From assembly GCA_000218745.1 (NCBI GenBank), contig GL947595.1:1385487-1449486 (forward strand): 64,000 nucleotides of DNA, given 5' to 3'. Position 1 is the stretch's first letter. Each line of letters begins with the position of its first letter. Source of the stretch: Prochlorococcus marinus bv. HNLC2 (GTDB lineage Bacteria > Cyanobacteriota > Cyanobacteriia > PCC-6307 > Cyanobiaceae). The translations under genes were made by a program, and so were the position numbers. Below the pieces are notes generated by a model. It made no database searches. It had not been told where the DNA came from and saw only the letters and a program-made list of their open reading frames with translations. This document shows positions 1-12,503 of this stretch, piece after piece.

Positions 1-1
1 A

Positions 2-712
2 AAAAAAGATTTTTATATAAGTAAAAAAATTTTTGAAGATATATTAATTTCAAACAATTTAATTAATTTATTAAATACTTTATTAAAAAATCTACTTAAT
101 GAAGCTAGGGGTAAAGATTGCCTATCAAATGAATTATGGTCCGTAATATTAGTTGGTGGAGGTACTCAAATACCTTTGATTAGAAATTGGATTACTTATA
201 AATTACCTCAAGTAAAAATCGATTACCCTCCTCCTATCGAATCAATTGCTGTAGGAGCTTTATCCTTAACTCCAGGTGTAAAAATAAAAGATATATTAAA
301 TAAAAGTCTCTTAATAAGATTATTTAATAAAAGAGAAAATAAGCATTTTTGGCATCCAATATTTTATAAAGGGCAAACTTGGCCAACTGAGAAGCCCTTT
401 GAATTAATTCTTCAGGCAAGTAAATCCGGTCAAATAAAATTTGAAATTATTATTGGAGAATCACAAAATAAAAATGATTATGATGTGATCTTTGAAAATG
501 GAATACCAAAATTAGCAGAGGTTCAAAAAGAAGAAAAAATAATAATTTGGAATAAAAAACCATGCTTTATTCAACTTGATAATCCTGTTTCATTAGGTAA
601 AGATTGTCTGAAGTTATTATTCTGGATTGATGAGAAATCAAACCTTTTTGTTGAATGTAAAGATACTTCAGATAAGAGAATTGAATATATAAATATTGGT
701 TCAATATTTTAA
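2..712 (+). CDS. Hsp70/DnaK-family protein, 5'-truncated by the window edge
   Basis: The frame is open from base 2 (KKDFYISKK...ELWSVILVGGGTQIPLIRNW), upstream of the track TTG at 176. VILVGGGTQIP matches the Hsp70 ATPase motif VxLVGGxxRIP. Confidence 0.75.
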   Translation, partial: KKDFYISKKIFEDILISNNLINLLNTLLKNLLNEARGKDCLSNELWSVILVGGGTQIPLIRNWITYKLPQVKIDYPPPIESIAVGALSLTPGVKIKDILNKSLLIRLFNKRENKHFWHPIFYKGQTWPTEKPFELILQASKSGQIKFEIIIGESQNKNDYDVIFENGIPKLAEVQKEEKIIIWNKKPCFIQLDNPVSLGKDCLKLLFWIDEKSNLFVECKDTSDKRIEYINIGSIF

Positions 713-716
713 AATC

Positions 717-1254
717 TTATACTAAAAAAACGCCCTCAATTTTATCTAAAGATTTGAGACGCAGTTCTATATTTTGATCTTTATTTGTTAAAACTTGTTT
801 ACCACAAAAATCAGGTTGAATTGGTAACTCTCTATGACCTCTATCAATCATGGTAAGAAGCTTTATTTTTTTTGGCCGCCCCCAAAAATTAAGTGCCTCC
901 ATTGCAGCCCTAGCTGTTCTTCCAGTATAAATAACATCATCGATTAAAATGATTTCTTTGTCGTCAAGAGATGAAGGAATACTATCAACCTTTATAGATT
1001 TTGTTCCAACTTTGCTTTGATCATCTCTATAAAATGTTGGATCAATAATGCCTTTTTCTACTTCATATCCTATTTTTTTTGAAATTCTCCAAAGCTATAA
1101 CTTCTGATAGATTTACTCCTCTTGTTGGTATACCCATCAGTATTAAATTTTGGGGTTTATCTATTTTCTCAAGAATTTCAGCAGTTAATCTTTTTAAAAC
1201 ATTCCTTAATTCAGCTTTCGTAAGTATTTCAATTCTTTTCTCTAGATTTGACAT
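717..1254 (-). CDS. pyrR: PyrR bifunctional pyrimidine regulator/uracil phosphoribosyltransferase, with one +1 frameshift near 1073-1092
   Basis: Two frames join into one protein: N-terminal LMGIPTRG, then KGIIDPTFYRDD, the PRPP motif IILIDDVIYTGRT and DRGHRELPIQPDFCG. Span 538 = 3n+1. Confidence 0.9.
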
Positions 1255-1391
1255 GGATTAGTAATAATAAATAGTATTTTAATAGTTCTATTAAATTAGC
1301 AAAAGCTAACTAATTCAATTATGAATTGTATGAAATAGTCTTTTAACGCTAAGTTATAGATTGGTTCTTTTAAATCAGTAATAAAAACAGT

Positions 1392-3014
1392 ATGCAAAAT
1401 ATTAAAAACTCTAAATTTAATAAAATAGATCCTCCCGAGAGTCCAGTTGTTTTAGCAATTCTTGACGGTTGGGGAGAAAGGGAAGAAACAAAAGATAATG
1501 CTGTTAAAACTGCAAAAACACCTATTATGGATTCACTTTGGCATGCTTATCCTCATACTCTGATTAGTGCAAGTGGTGCTGATGTTGGACTTCCAGATGG
1601 ACAAATGGGGAATTCCGAAGTTGGTCATCTCACAATTGGATCTGGAAGAATTATTCAACAAGAATTAGTTCGCATAACAAATGTTATTAAGAAAAATCAA
1701 TTAAAAAATGTTAAAGAATTAGAAAAAATTGCTTCTTATACCAATAAAAATAATGGGACATTACATATTACTGGTCTATGCTCTGATGGTGGAGTGCATA
1801 GTCATATCGATCACTTATTAGGATTAATTAAATGGGCCTCTGAATCAGGTATTAAAAAATTAGCAATTCATGTGATAACTGATGGGAGAGATACTCCTGC
1901 TCAAAGTGCTCAAAAATATATCTCTAAAATAGAGGAGTCTTTATCGGAGCATGAGATTGGGTCAATAGCTTCAATATGCGGAAGATATTGGATCATGGAT
2001 AGAAATCAATTGTGGGATAGAACTGAGAAAGCATTTTTAAATTTAACTGATCCGGATCTTAAGATTAATCAAATTACACCTAAAGAGTATTTGGATCAAA
2101 GTTATAAAAAAAATATTACTGATGAATTTTTAGAACCTGTGAGATTAACAAATCAAATATTGAAAGATGGCGATAGTTTAATATGTTTCAATTTTCGTCC
2201 AGATAGAGCTCGGCAAATAATAAAATCTCTTTCAGAAGAAGATTTTGACTCATTCAAGAGAAATAAAAAGCCAAATCTTAATATCGTTACCTTTACTCAA
2301 TATGAGGCCAATCTTTCTGTACAAGTTGCATTTCCTCCTGAGTCATTAAATAATTTCATTGGCCAAATAGTTTCTGAACATGGACTTAAGCAATACCGAA
2401 CAGCAGAGACTGAGAAATATCCACATGTAACGTATTTCTTTAATGGAGGAGTTGAAATACCCTCAGAAGGCGAAGAAAGACATTTAATACCTTCTCCGAG
2501 AGTTGCAACATATGATTTAGCTCCTGAAATGTCTGCTAAGGAATTAACGATAAGTTGCTCCAATGCTATTAGAAGTGGAAAATATGCATTTATTGTTATA
2601 AATTTTGCAAATCCTGATATGGTTGGACATACTGGCAATATGAGTGCTGCAGTAAAAGCTATCGAAACAGTTGATGAATGTGTAGGCAAAATTGTTAACG
2701 CTACTGGTGAAATGGGAGGAAGTATCTTGATTACTGCAGATCATGGAAATGCAGAATTAATGAAAGACTCCAACGGTGAGCCATGGACAGCTCATACAAC
2801 TAATCTAGTTCCTCTTATCTTTATAGAGGGTGAAAAAAGAAAAATCGCAAATCAAGGCAATAATATTTATCTAAGAGAAAATGCTGGACTATCAGACATT
2901 GCTCCTACTCTTTTACAATTACTAAACTTACCAATACCTAAAGAAATGACAGGAAAATCTCTCATCAAAGAGATTGAATTAAAGGACCAATATAAAGTTG
3001 TTCAACATGTTTAG
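1392..3014 (+). CDS. gpmI: 2,3-bisphosphoglycerate-independent phosphoglycerate mutase
   Basis: Motifs [63 protein letters not shown]; 540 aa. Confidence 0.97.
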   Translation: MQNIKNSKFNKIDPPESPVVLAILDGWGEREETKDNAVKTAKTPIMDSLWHAYPHTLISASGADVGLPDGQMGNSEVGHLTIGSGRIIQQELVRITNVIKKNQLKNVKELEKIASYTNKNNGTLHITGLCSDGGVHSHIDHLLGLIKWASESGIKKLAIHVITDGRDTPAQSAQKYISKIEESLSEHEIGSIASICGRYWIMDRNQLWDRTEKAFLNLTDPDLKINQITPKEYLDQSYKKNITDEFLEPVRLTNQILKDGDSLICFNFRPDRARQIIKSLSEEDFDSFKRNKKPNLNIVTFTQYEANLSVQVAFPPESLNNFIGQIVSEHGLKQYRTAETEKYPHVTYFFNGGVEIPSEGEERHLIPSPRVATYDLAPEMSAKELTISCSNAIRSGKYAFIVINFANPDMVGHTGNMSAAVKAIETVDECVGKIVNATGEMGGSILITADHGNAELMKDSNGEPWTAHTTNLVPLIFIEGEKRKIANQGNNIYLRENAGLSDIAPTLLQLLNLPIPKEMTGKSLIKEIELKDQYKVVQHV

Positions 3015-3046
3015 TTATAATAAGATTCATAATATAATTAAATTTA

Positions 3047-3271
3047 ATGAGTTCGATACTTACTTGGATATGGGCCTTATCTGGAATTCTTCTAATCCTA
3101 CTAGTACTACTTCATAGCCCCAAAGGAGATGGAATGGGAGGAATAGCTGCAAGTGGCAGTTCAATGTTTACTAGTGCAAGTAGTGCTGAGGCATCGTTAA
3201 ATAAAGCTACTTGGACTGTGCTAATAATTTTTTTACTTTTAGCAGTTGTATTAAGTGCTGGTTGGATATAA
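3047..3271 (+). CDS. secG: Preprotein translocase subunit SecG
   Basis: Two hydrophobic helices flanking VLLHSPKGDGMGG and SAEASLNKATW. Confidence 0.92.
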   Translation: MSSILTWIWALSGILLILLVLLHSPKGDGMGGIAASGSSMFTSASSAEASLNKATWTVLIIFLLLAVVLSAGWI

Positions 3272-3300
3272 TCAGATCAACCATAAATAATACAAAATAA

Positions 3301-3326
3301 AAAAAGGGCCTTGAGAGGCCCTTTTT
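3301..3326. terminator. Bidirectional rho-independent terminator between convergent secG and groEL
   Basis: AAAAAGGGCC-TTGAGA-GGCCCTTTTT: perfect 10-bp inverted repeat with A and T tracts on both sides. Confidence 0.85.
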
Positions 3327-3344
3327 ATTTATGAAATATTTGAT

Positions 3345-5009
<1,665 letters not shown>

Positions 5010-5033
5010 TTAATAATTTTTGAAACAAATAAT

Positions 5034-5345
5034 TTAGCTTACAACAGCCAAAATATCTTTTTCTGAAAGTAAGACGTATTCATCTCCTCCCAATTTGATG
5101 TCGGTTCCAGCATATTTGCTGTAAAGAACTTTATCGCCAATACTCACTTCAGGAGTTTGTCGTGAACCATCATCATTAAGTTTCCCAGGTCCTACCTGAG
5201 CAACTTCTCCAACTTGTGGTTTTTCTTTCGCTGAATCGGGCAAAAGGATGCCTCCAGCAGTTTTTTCCTCAGATTCGGAAACTTTGATAAAAATGCGATC
5301 TCCCAGTGGTTTTACTGTAGAGACTGTTAGTGAAACAGCTGCCAT
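5034..5345 (-). CDS. groES: Co-chaperonin GroES
   Basis: [32 protein letters not shown]. Confidence 0.99.
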   Translation of the reverse strand: MAAVSLTVSTVKPLGDRIFIKVSESEEKTAGGILLPDSAKEKPQVGEVAQVGPGKLNDDGSRQTPEVSIGDKVLYSKYAGTDIKLGGDEYVLLSEKDILAVVS

Positions 5346-5462
5346 AGATTAATGCAGGGACGTAAATAGACGCTAAAGCGTCAAAAATTTGGAAAGAGCA
5401 ATACTCAAACCTTATGAACAACAACATAATCTGCTGAGCAGCAATTCAACCACTCTTTGACT

Positions 5463-5478
5463 GTGCGGTTGGCCGAAC
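5463..5478 (-). promoter_or_regulatory. K-box upstream of groES
   Basis: The minus strand reads GTTCGG-CCAA-CCGCAC, an exact match to the cyanobacterial groESL K-box consensus GTTCGG-NNAN-CCNNAC, 118-133 nt upstream of the groES start. Confidence 0.75.
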
Positions 5479-5503
5479 CCAGTTAACGGATATACCCTCG
5501 GGA

Positions 5504-5512
5504 TGGTATTAT
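5504..5512 (+). promoter_or_regulatory. Putative extended -10 promoter for atpD-atpC
   Basis: TG-G-TATTAT fits TGnTAnnnT, about 54 nt upstream of the atpD start; motif match only. Confidence 0.4.
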
Positions 5513-5532
5513 TTTCGGATCAAGAGCTGTAA

Positions 5533-7026
<1,494 letters not shown>

Positions 7027-7057
7027 TTTTGAATTTAACAACATAATTTTTAAAATA

Positions 7058-7462
7058 ATGGCAATTTCATTAAAAGTTTTAGCTCCAAATAAAAATGTTT
7101 TCGAGGGAGTAGCTGAGGAAGTTATACTCCCAAGCACTACTGGCCAGCTAGGAATCCTTCCTGGCCATATTTCACTTGTTACAGCAATTGATATAGGAGT
7201 ATTACGACTTCGATCGAATTCTCAATGGTCATCCATAGCATTAATGGGCGGTTTTGCAGAAATAGAATCTGATGAAGTTACTGTCCTTGTAAATAGTGCG
7301 GAAATCGGTTCAGAAATCGATGCTCAGATTGCTCAAGAAGCACTCAATAATGCAAAATCAGATTTAGCTAAGTTTTCAGAATCTGAAAAAAGCCCTGAAA
7401 AAATAAAAGCTATTAATGAATTATCAAAAGCACAAGCTAGAATACAAGCCTCAAAAAATTAA
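7058..7462 (+). CDS. atpC: ATP synthase F1 epsilon subunit
   Basis: [23 protein letters not shown]; lies directly after the beta subunit. Confidence 0.96.
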   Translation: MAISLKVLAPNKNVFEGVAEEVILPSTTGQLGILPGHISLVTAIDIGVLRLRSNSQWSSIALMGGFAEIESDEVTVLVNSAEIGSEIDAQIAQEALNNAKSDLAKFSESEKSPEKIKAINELSKAQARIQASKN

Positions 7463-7466
7463 AAAT

Positions 7467-7943
7467 CTAAGCAGTTCCGCAAAATGTTACTTCAGGAAAC
7501 TTTAATTTTGCTTCTTCTAATTTTTTAGTTTTGCCTTCTTCCTGCCAGTAGTTAATAACTTCTGTAGCTTTATTAAGAATTTCAACTCTCTCATTATCTG
7601 TTATCCACCCTTTATTCTCTAATTCAGTTTTTAATTTTTCCCAAGCATCCTCCCTTGGCCAAAAGAAATAAGCAGTTAAAGGACTTGGACCTCCACCAAC
7701 TATCTGATCAACGGCTAGAGCAACATTATCAGGCAGCCATAAAATTTTTATAATAAATCTGCCTTCATCAGGTTTAGGGGTATAACCCGTTGGGACTCCA
7801 TCTTCATCTATCGTTGCAGCAGCCAATACTGCAGAAGCTCCCATCATTCCAGCATTAGGAGCTGTATTTGTAGAATTTTGAGAACTACCTTTTTGGTTTA
7901 ATTGATCAGGATTATTTTCGTTTGTTTTATCTGATGAAGTCAT
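7467..7943 (-). CDS. ycf65: 30S ribosomal protein PSRP-3/Ycf65
   Basis: [45 protein letters not shown]. The start may be the downstream MM. Confidence 0.88.
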   Translation of the reverse strand: MTSSDKTNENNPDQLNQKGSSQNSTNTAPNAGMMGASAVLAAATIDEDGVPTGYTPKPDEGRFIIKILWLPDNVALAVDQIVGGGPSPLTAYFFWPREDAWEKLKTELENKGWITDNERVEILNKATEVINYWQEEGKTKKLEEAKLKFPEVTFCGTA

Positions 7944-8067
7944 CTAATAAATATGTTAATACAAATAACAATTTATCAGCTAATGGTAACTTTTTGGTAA
8001 ATGCATTGAAAAACTTTATTCCACGGATAACTAATATTTATTAATTAAAGAAATTGTTTTTTAATAA

Positions 8068-8232
8068 TTAACTTTTTTTTACATCATAAAAATTATAGAT
8101 TGCTGCTTCTAAGGCATCCCATAGATCTCTAGGAATTTCATTCTCCTCAGCAAATAATCCTAATTGACTAGCTAAAGCTCGTGCTTCAGATAATCTTGCA
8201 TCTTCTGAATTTTTCTCAACCATTTTGACCAT
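8068..8232 (-). CDS. Small acidic hypothetical protein (54 aa; not in the ORF track)
   Basis: ATG-to-TAA ORF MVKMVEKNSEDARLSEARALASQLGLFAEENEIPRDLWDALEAAIYNFYDVKKS. It has a helical, coding-like composition and is co-oriented between pepP and ycf65. Confidence 0.75.
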   Translation of the reverse strand: MVKMVEKNSEDARLSEARALASQLGLFAEENEIPRDLWDALEAAIYNFYDVKKS

Positions 8233-8278
8233 TAGTAATAACTTAATAAAAATAAAACTTAAAAATCAATTAGTCAAA

Positions 8279-9604
8279 TCACAACTCTAAATCATTAATT
8301 TCTTTCAGAGCTGCGAAGCTAAGAATTTCAGGGGTTTGTTCATTAACGAGAACATCATCCTCTATCCTAATTCCTATACCTTTCCATCTTTCATCGATAG
8401 GTGGCTGTCCTTCAGGGACTGGTATCCTATCACTTATATAGATTCCAGGCTCAACTGTTAAGATCATCGCATTTTTCAATAAAACTTCGTAATCTCCTAA
8501 TCTATATGCACCCACATCATGCACATCTAATCCAAGCCAATGTCCGGTCTGATGCATATATAGATGTTTATAACTCCCGCTTTCAATAATCCCATCAGTA
8601 TCGCCCTTTAATAACTTTAAATCTTTTAAACCACTTATAAGGATTTTTAATGCCTCATAATGAATAAAATTTGAACTATTTCCTACCACAACATTTTCAA
8701 TAGCATGCTTTTGTGCTGAGAGTACTATTTCATATATTGCTCGTTGCTCGCCTGAAAACTTACCTCCTAAAGGAAATGTTCTTGTAATATCTCCATTGTA
8801 ATAATCTGTGAGAGAACACCCTGCATCAACTAAAAGCAAATCTCCTTTTTTCAGTGCCGAGTTATTAGCGGTGTAATGCAAAATACATGCATTATCTCCA
8901 GAAGCAATAATCGTATTATATGCAGGTCCTCTAGTCCCCTTCTCAAGGAAAAATCCCTCTATAACACCCTGTAATTGCCTCTCATTATTTTTTGAATGCA
9001 TACATAATCTTAGTAGTTCATGACCCTCAGCAGATATCTGAGCGGCTTCTCGCATTCTATTGATCTCATAATTACTTTTAATTAAGCGCATTTCATTCAG
9101 ATATAGTCCTACCGGCTTAATAGAAGTTGGTGCGTTTCCTAATCTTGAAAAATTATCAAGTTGATTTGCCCAAAGATCTAAAATGATTGGCTCAATTTTT
9201 TGGTTTTTGCCTATTGTAAAAATTATTTCATCAGCACCTTTAAGATAATCTGGAAGTTTTTCAGCTAATTGCTGAATTGGATGTGACTTATCAGCTTTAA
9301 AAACTTCCTCAGCCCCAATAGTGCCCCATCTAAATCCATGCCAAACTTCGCTTATAGCATCTTTTTCATTAACAAAAAGTATAAATCTTTCTCCCTCGGG
9401 TTTATGAGCTAGAAATAATGCTACAGAATCAGGTTCATCAAAACCAGTTAAATACCAAAAATCGCTATTTTGTCTGAAGGGATATTCACAATCTGCATGA
9501 TGTTTTACTAACTCTGCACCAGGGATAATAGCGGCTTTACCATTAATTTTTTTCAGAAAATTGCTTCTTCTTTCCTGGAACACTTGAAAATCAAATTGAT
9601 ACAT
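8279..9604 (-). CDS. pepP: Xaa-Pro aminopeptidase (aminopeptidase P)
   Basis: FRQNSDFWYLTGF, LLLVDAG, GDITRT, HQTGHWLGLDVHD, TVEPGIY, GIRIEDD. Confidence 0.95.
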   Translation of the reverse strand: MYQFDFQVFQERRSNFLKKINGKAAIIPGAELVKHHADCEYPFRQNSDFWYLTGFDEPDSVALFLAHKPEGERFILFVNEKDAISEVWHGFRWGTIGAEEVFKADKSHPIQQLAEKLPDYLKGADEIIFTIGKNQKIEPIILDLWANQLDNFSRLGNAPTSIKPVGLYLNEMRLIKSNYEINRMREAAQISAEGHELLRLCMHSKNNERQLQGVIEGFFLEKGTRGPAYNTIIASGDNACILHYTANNSALKKGDLLLVDAGCSLTDYYNGDITRTFPLGGKFSGEQRAIYEIVLSAQKHAIENVVVGNSSNFIHYEALKILISGLKDLKLLKGDTDGIIESGSYKHLYMHQTGHWLGLDVHDVGAYRLGDYEVLLKNAMILTVEPGIYISDRIPVPEGQPPIDERWKGIGIRIEDDVLVNEQTPEILSFAALKEINDLEL

Positions 9605-9676
9605 AAATTCTGAAGTTGGCGAGTTCGGATAAAAAATGGAAGAATGAATTATAAAATATAATTCTATCCAGCGTTA

Positions 9677-10654
9677 ATGGAACCAAATATTTTCATACTT
9701 ATTGTACTAATACTTACAATTTTAATTGGCTCAGCTTGCTGCTCCGGGGTAGAGGCAGCATTTTTAGCAGTCAATTCAATAAGAGTTATTGAATTGGCTA
9801 CAGAGCAAAAACCAAAGAGTTCAGCAAATCAGTTACTGAAATTAAGAAAACATCTTGGTAGAACACTAACAGTAATTACAATTACTAATAATGGCTTTAA
9901 TATAATTGGTAGTCTTATTTTAGGAGTGTATGGGGCACTGATAATTAACAACAGCTTAGGATTAACTATATTTTCTATTAGCTTCTATATTCTTGTTGTT
10001 TTAATTGGAGAAGTTCTACCAAAAGCTATAGGGACAAGATTCTCTTTAAAGATTGCTATTCTATCGGTTCCAATACTACGAATGTTGAATATCATAATGA
10101 AACCCTTTCTATTACTAATTGAAAAATTATTTCCAGTTATCACAGCTGAAAATGAGATCTCAACAGATGAGGAAGAAATCAGACAAATGGCAAAAATTGG
10201 ATCACAAAAAGGATTGATCGAAGCTGATGAAGCCGCCATGATTTCAAAAGTTTTTCAACTTAACGATTTAAAAGCCAAAGATTTAATGATTCCACGAGTT
10301 TCTGCACCAAGTATCGACGGAGGGGAAAAACTTGAAGATATTTCCAAACTAATAATTTCTAATAACTCTCCATGGTGGGTTGTACTTGGAGATAAAGTGG
10401 ATAAAATTCAGGGAGTTGCTAAAAGGGAAAAATTATTAACTGCTCTCATTCAGGGATACAAGCAATCCTCCATATCTGATTTATGCGATCCCGTTGAATA
10501 TATTCCTGAAATGATAAAAATAGATAAACTCTTAACGACATTTGATAAGGACAACAAAGGAGTAAAGGTTGTAGTTGATGAATTTGGTGGTTTTGTAGGT
10601 TTAATAGGGGCAGAGGCAGTCCTCTCCGTCCTTGCTGGATGGTGGAAAAGATGA
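9677..10654 (+). CDS. CNNM (DUF21)/CBS-domain membrane protein, hemolysin/CorC-like
   Basis: CSGVEAAF, GEVLPK, DLMIPR, VVVDEFGG. Confidence 0.88.
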   Translation: MEPNIFILIVLILTILIGSACCSGVEAAFLAVNSIRVIELATEQKPKSSANQLLKLRKHLGRTLTVITITNNGFNIIGSLILGVYGALIINNSLGLTIFSISFYILVVLIGEVLPKAIGTRFSLKIAILSVPILRMLNIIMKPFLLLIEKLFPVITAENEISTDEEEIRQMAKIGSQKGLIEADEAAMISKVFQLNDLKAKDLMIPRVSAPSIDGGEKLEDISKLIISNNSPWWVVLGDKVDKIQGVAKREKLLTALIQGYKQSSISDLCDPVEYIPEMIKIDKLLTTFDKDNKGVKVVVDEFGGFVGLIGAEAVLSVLAGWWKR

Positions 10655-11925
10655 ATTTCAAACAATCAAAAATTGAAAAAAGTTATTTTTCACTAAAAAA
10701 TTGGTGGGAAAATATTGAGCTTACAAATTTTGAAAAAAATTGTCTTAATAAGGATATTATTTCATTTAATCAACAACTATTTAGACTTAAACAAAAAATC
10801 ATAAGAGTAGGAGTATATGGGAAAGCAAGTGTTGGAAAATCTTCCATATTAAATACAATCTTAAATGAAAAATATTTTCAAACAGATATTATTAATGGAT
10901 CAACTAAAAAAATTGAATTAAAGACTTTATCTTTAAATAAAGGATTAATTAAAAAAATTGAATTAATAGATTTTCCTGGATTTGATATTCAAGTAACAAA
11001 TAATATATCTAAAAATAATATAACCCTTATGAATCTAGATTTTATTTTATTTATAGTTGCTGGAGATCTTAATAGAAACGAGCTATCTGAACTTAATTAC
11101 TTAATAGATAATGGTAAAAAGATTATTATTGTTTTTAATAAAATTGACATTTGGAATAATGAAGAAATTAATATTATATTAGATAATATAAAAGATAAAT
11201 TACCTAAGGATATTATAATTCCTATTATTATTAATTCAAATAAAAAATATAGTTCAATAAGTATTAATGAATCACTTAATGATTACTTAATGGAAACAAT
11301 CGATAGAGTAGGACATTCAATCATGATTTATAATACACTTCATTCAGCAAGTAAATTAGCAATTAATATTAAGGAAAAAAGATTAATTAAAAGAAGAAAA
11401 GAGGCTCAAAAAATAATTGGAAAATTTGCAACATTAAAAGCATCAAGCGTAGCACTTAACCCATTATTATTTTTAGATATTGCAGGTAGTTTGGCATTAG
11501 ATACCGCTTTAATTAATGAATTAAGTAAGGTATATGGTTTAAAGATCAGAAAAAACTCCGCAAAAAAGCTTATAAAAACTATTTCTATAAATAATATTTC
11601 GCTTGGTGCGGTCCAAATCTGTATAAATACATTATTTAATTTAGTAAGAAAAATTAGTTTAATTTCAGCTCCTTTTACGAATGGATTATCTTTGGTGCCA
11701 TATGGTCCGGTTGCCTTAACTCAAGCTGCCCTAGCTGTTAGTACAACTAAACTAGTTGGAAAATTAGCTGCGAAAGAAATTCTCAAAAAAAGCAACCTGA
11801 GTGTCTTGGAGCCCTTTCATTTAATAAAATATATTGACCTTAAAGAAATTGAAATAGCAAGACCTTTTAAAATATTTTTATATAATCAAAAGAATAATAA
11901 GGATTTATCATTATTTATTCCTTGA
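10651..11925 (+). CDS. Era-like GTP-binding protein with DUF697-like C-terminal region
   Basis: G1 GKASVGKSS, G3 DFPG, G4 NKID. The ATG at 10651 overlaps the upstream stop (ATGA), so it is preferred over the track start at 10639. Confidence 0.8.
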   Translation: MNFKQSKIEKSYFSLKNWWENIELTNFEKNCLNKDIISFNQQLFRLKQKIIRVGVYGKASVGKSSILNTILNEKYFQTDIINGSTKKIELKTLSLNKGLIKKIELIDFPGFDIQVTNNISKNNITLMNLDFILFIVAGDLNRNELSELNYLIDNGKKIIIVFNKIDIWNNEEINIILDNIKDKLPKDIIIPIIINSNKKYSSISINESLNDYLMETIDRVGHSIMIYNTLHSASKLAINIKEKRLIKRRKEAQKIIGKFATLKASSVALNPLLFLDIAGSLALDTALINELSKVYGLKIRKNSAKKLIKTISINNISLGAVQICINTLFNLVRKISLISAPFTNGLSLVPYGPVALTQAALAVSTTKLVGKLAAKEILKKSNLSVLEPFHLIKYIDLKEIEIARPFKIFLYNQKNNKDLSLFIP

Positions 11926-12500
11926 AATCTAAAATAAGAAAAATTGCTCTTTTCGGAACAAGTGCTGATCCACCAACTTCAGGCCATAAAAAAATAATTC
12001 AGGAATTATCCAAAAAATATAAACTAGTTATTTGTTATGCAAGTGATAATCCTTCAAAAAATCATAAAGAAAATCTATTTTTTAGAAGTCTTCTTTTAGA
12101 AAAATTAATTTGCGATTTTGATCATCCACATATAATATTTGACCAAGATTTAAGTAGCCCATGGGCGCTAACCTCAATTAAAAGGTGTAAGAGGAAATAC
12201 TCTCATGATCAAATTGACTTTATAATAGGTAGTGATTTAATCTCTGAAATGTTTACATGGAAAAATATTAATCAAATCATTAGTGAAGTAAAGTTGATAA
12301 TTATTCCAAGAGAAGGTTATCCCATAGAAAAAAAATATCTTCTAAGGATTAAAGAAAGTAATGGTGATTTTGAAGTATTAGACATCAAAATACCCAAAAT
12401 ATCAAGTTCAATGATTAGAAAAAATTCTGAACATTCTGGTCTTCCAAAATCACTAATATCTATAGTGAAAAATAATAATTTATATGATTTTAAAAATTAA
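11922..12500 (+). CDS. nadD: Nicotinate-nucleotide adenylyltransferase
   Basis: FGTSADPPTSGH (T/HxGH motif), FIIGSDL, ISSSMIR; adjacent to nadE. Confidence 0.93.
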   Translation: MKSKIRKIALFGTSADPPTSGHKKIIQELSKKYKLVICYASDNPSKNHKENLFFRSLLLEKLICDFDHPHIIFDQDLSSPWALTSIKRCKRKYSHDQIDFIIGSDLISEMFTWKNINQIISEVKLIIIPREGYPIEKKYLLRIKESNGDFEVLDIKIPKISSSMIRKNSEHSGLPKSLISIVKNNNLYDFKN

Positions 12501-12503
12501 ATA

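Noticed and set aside
5346-5462. CIRCE/HrcA operator upstream of groES
   Set aside because: Only fragments such as GCAC...GAGTG are present; the spacing and flanks do not match TTAGCACTC-N9-GAGTGCTAA.
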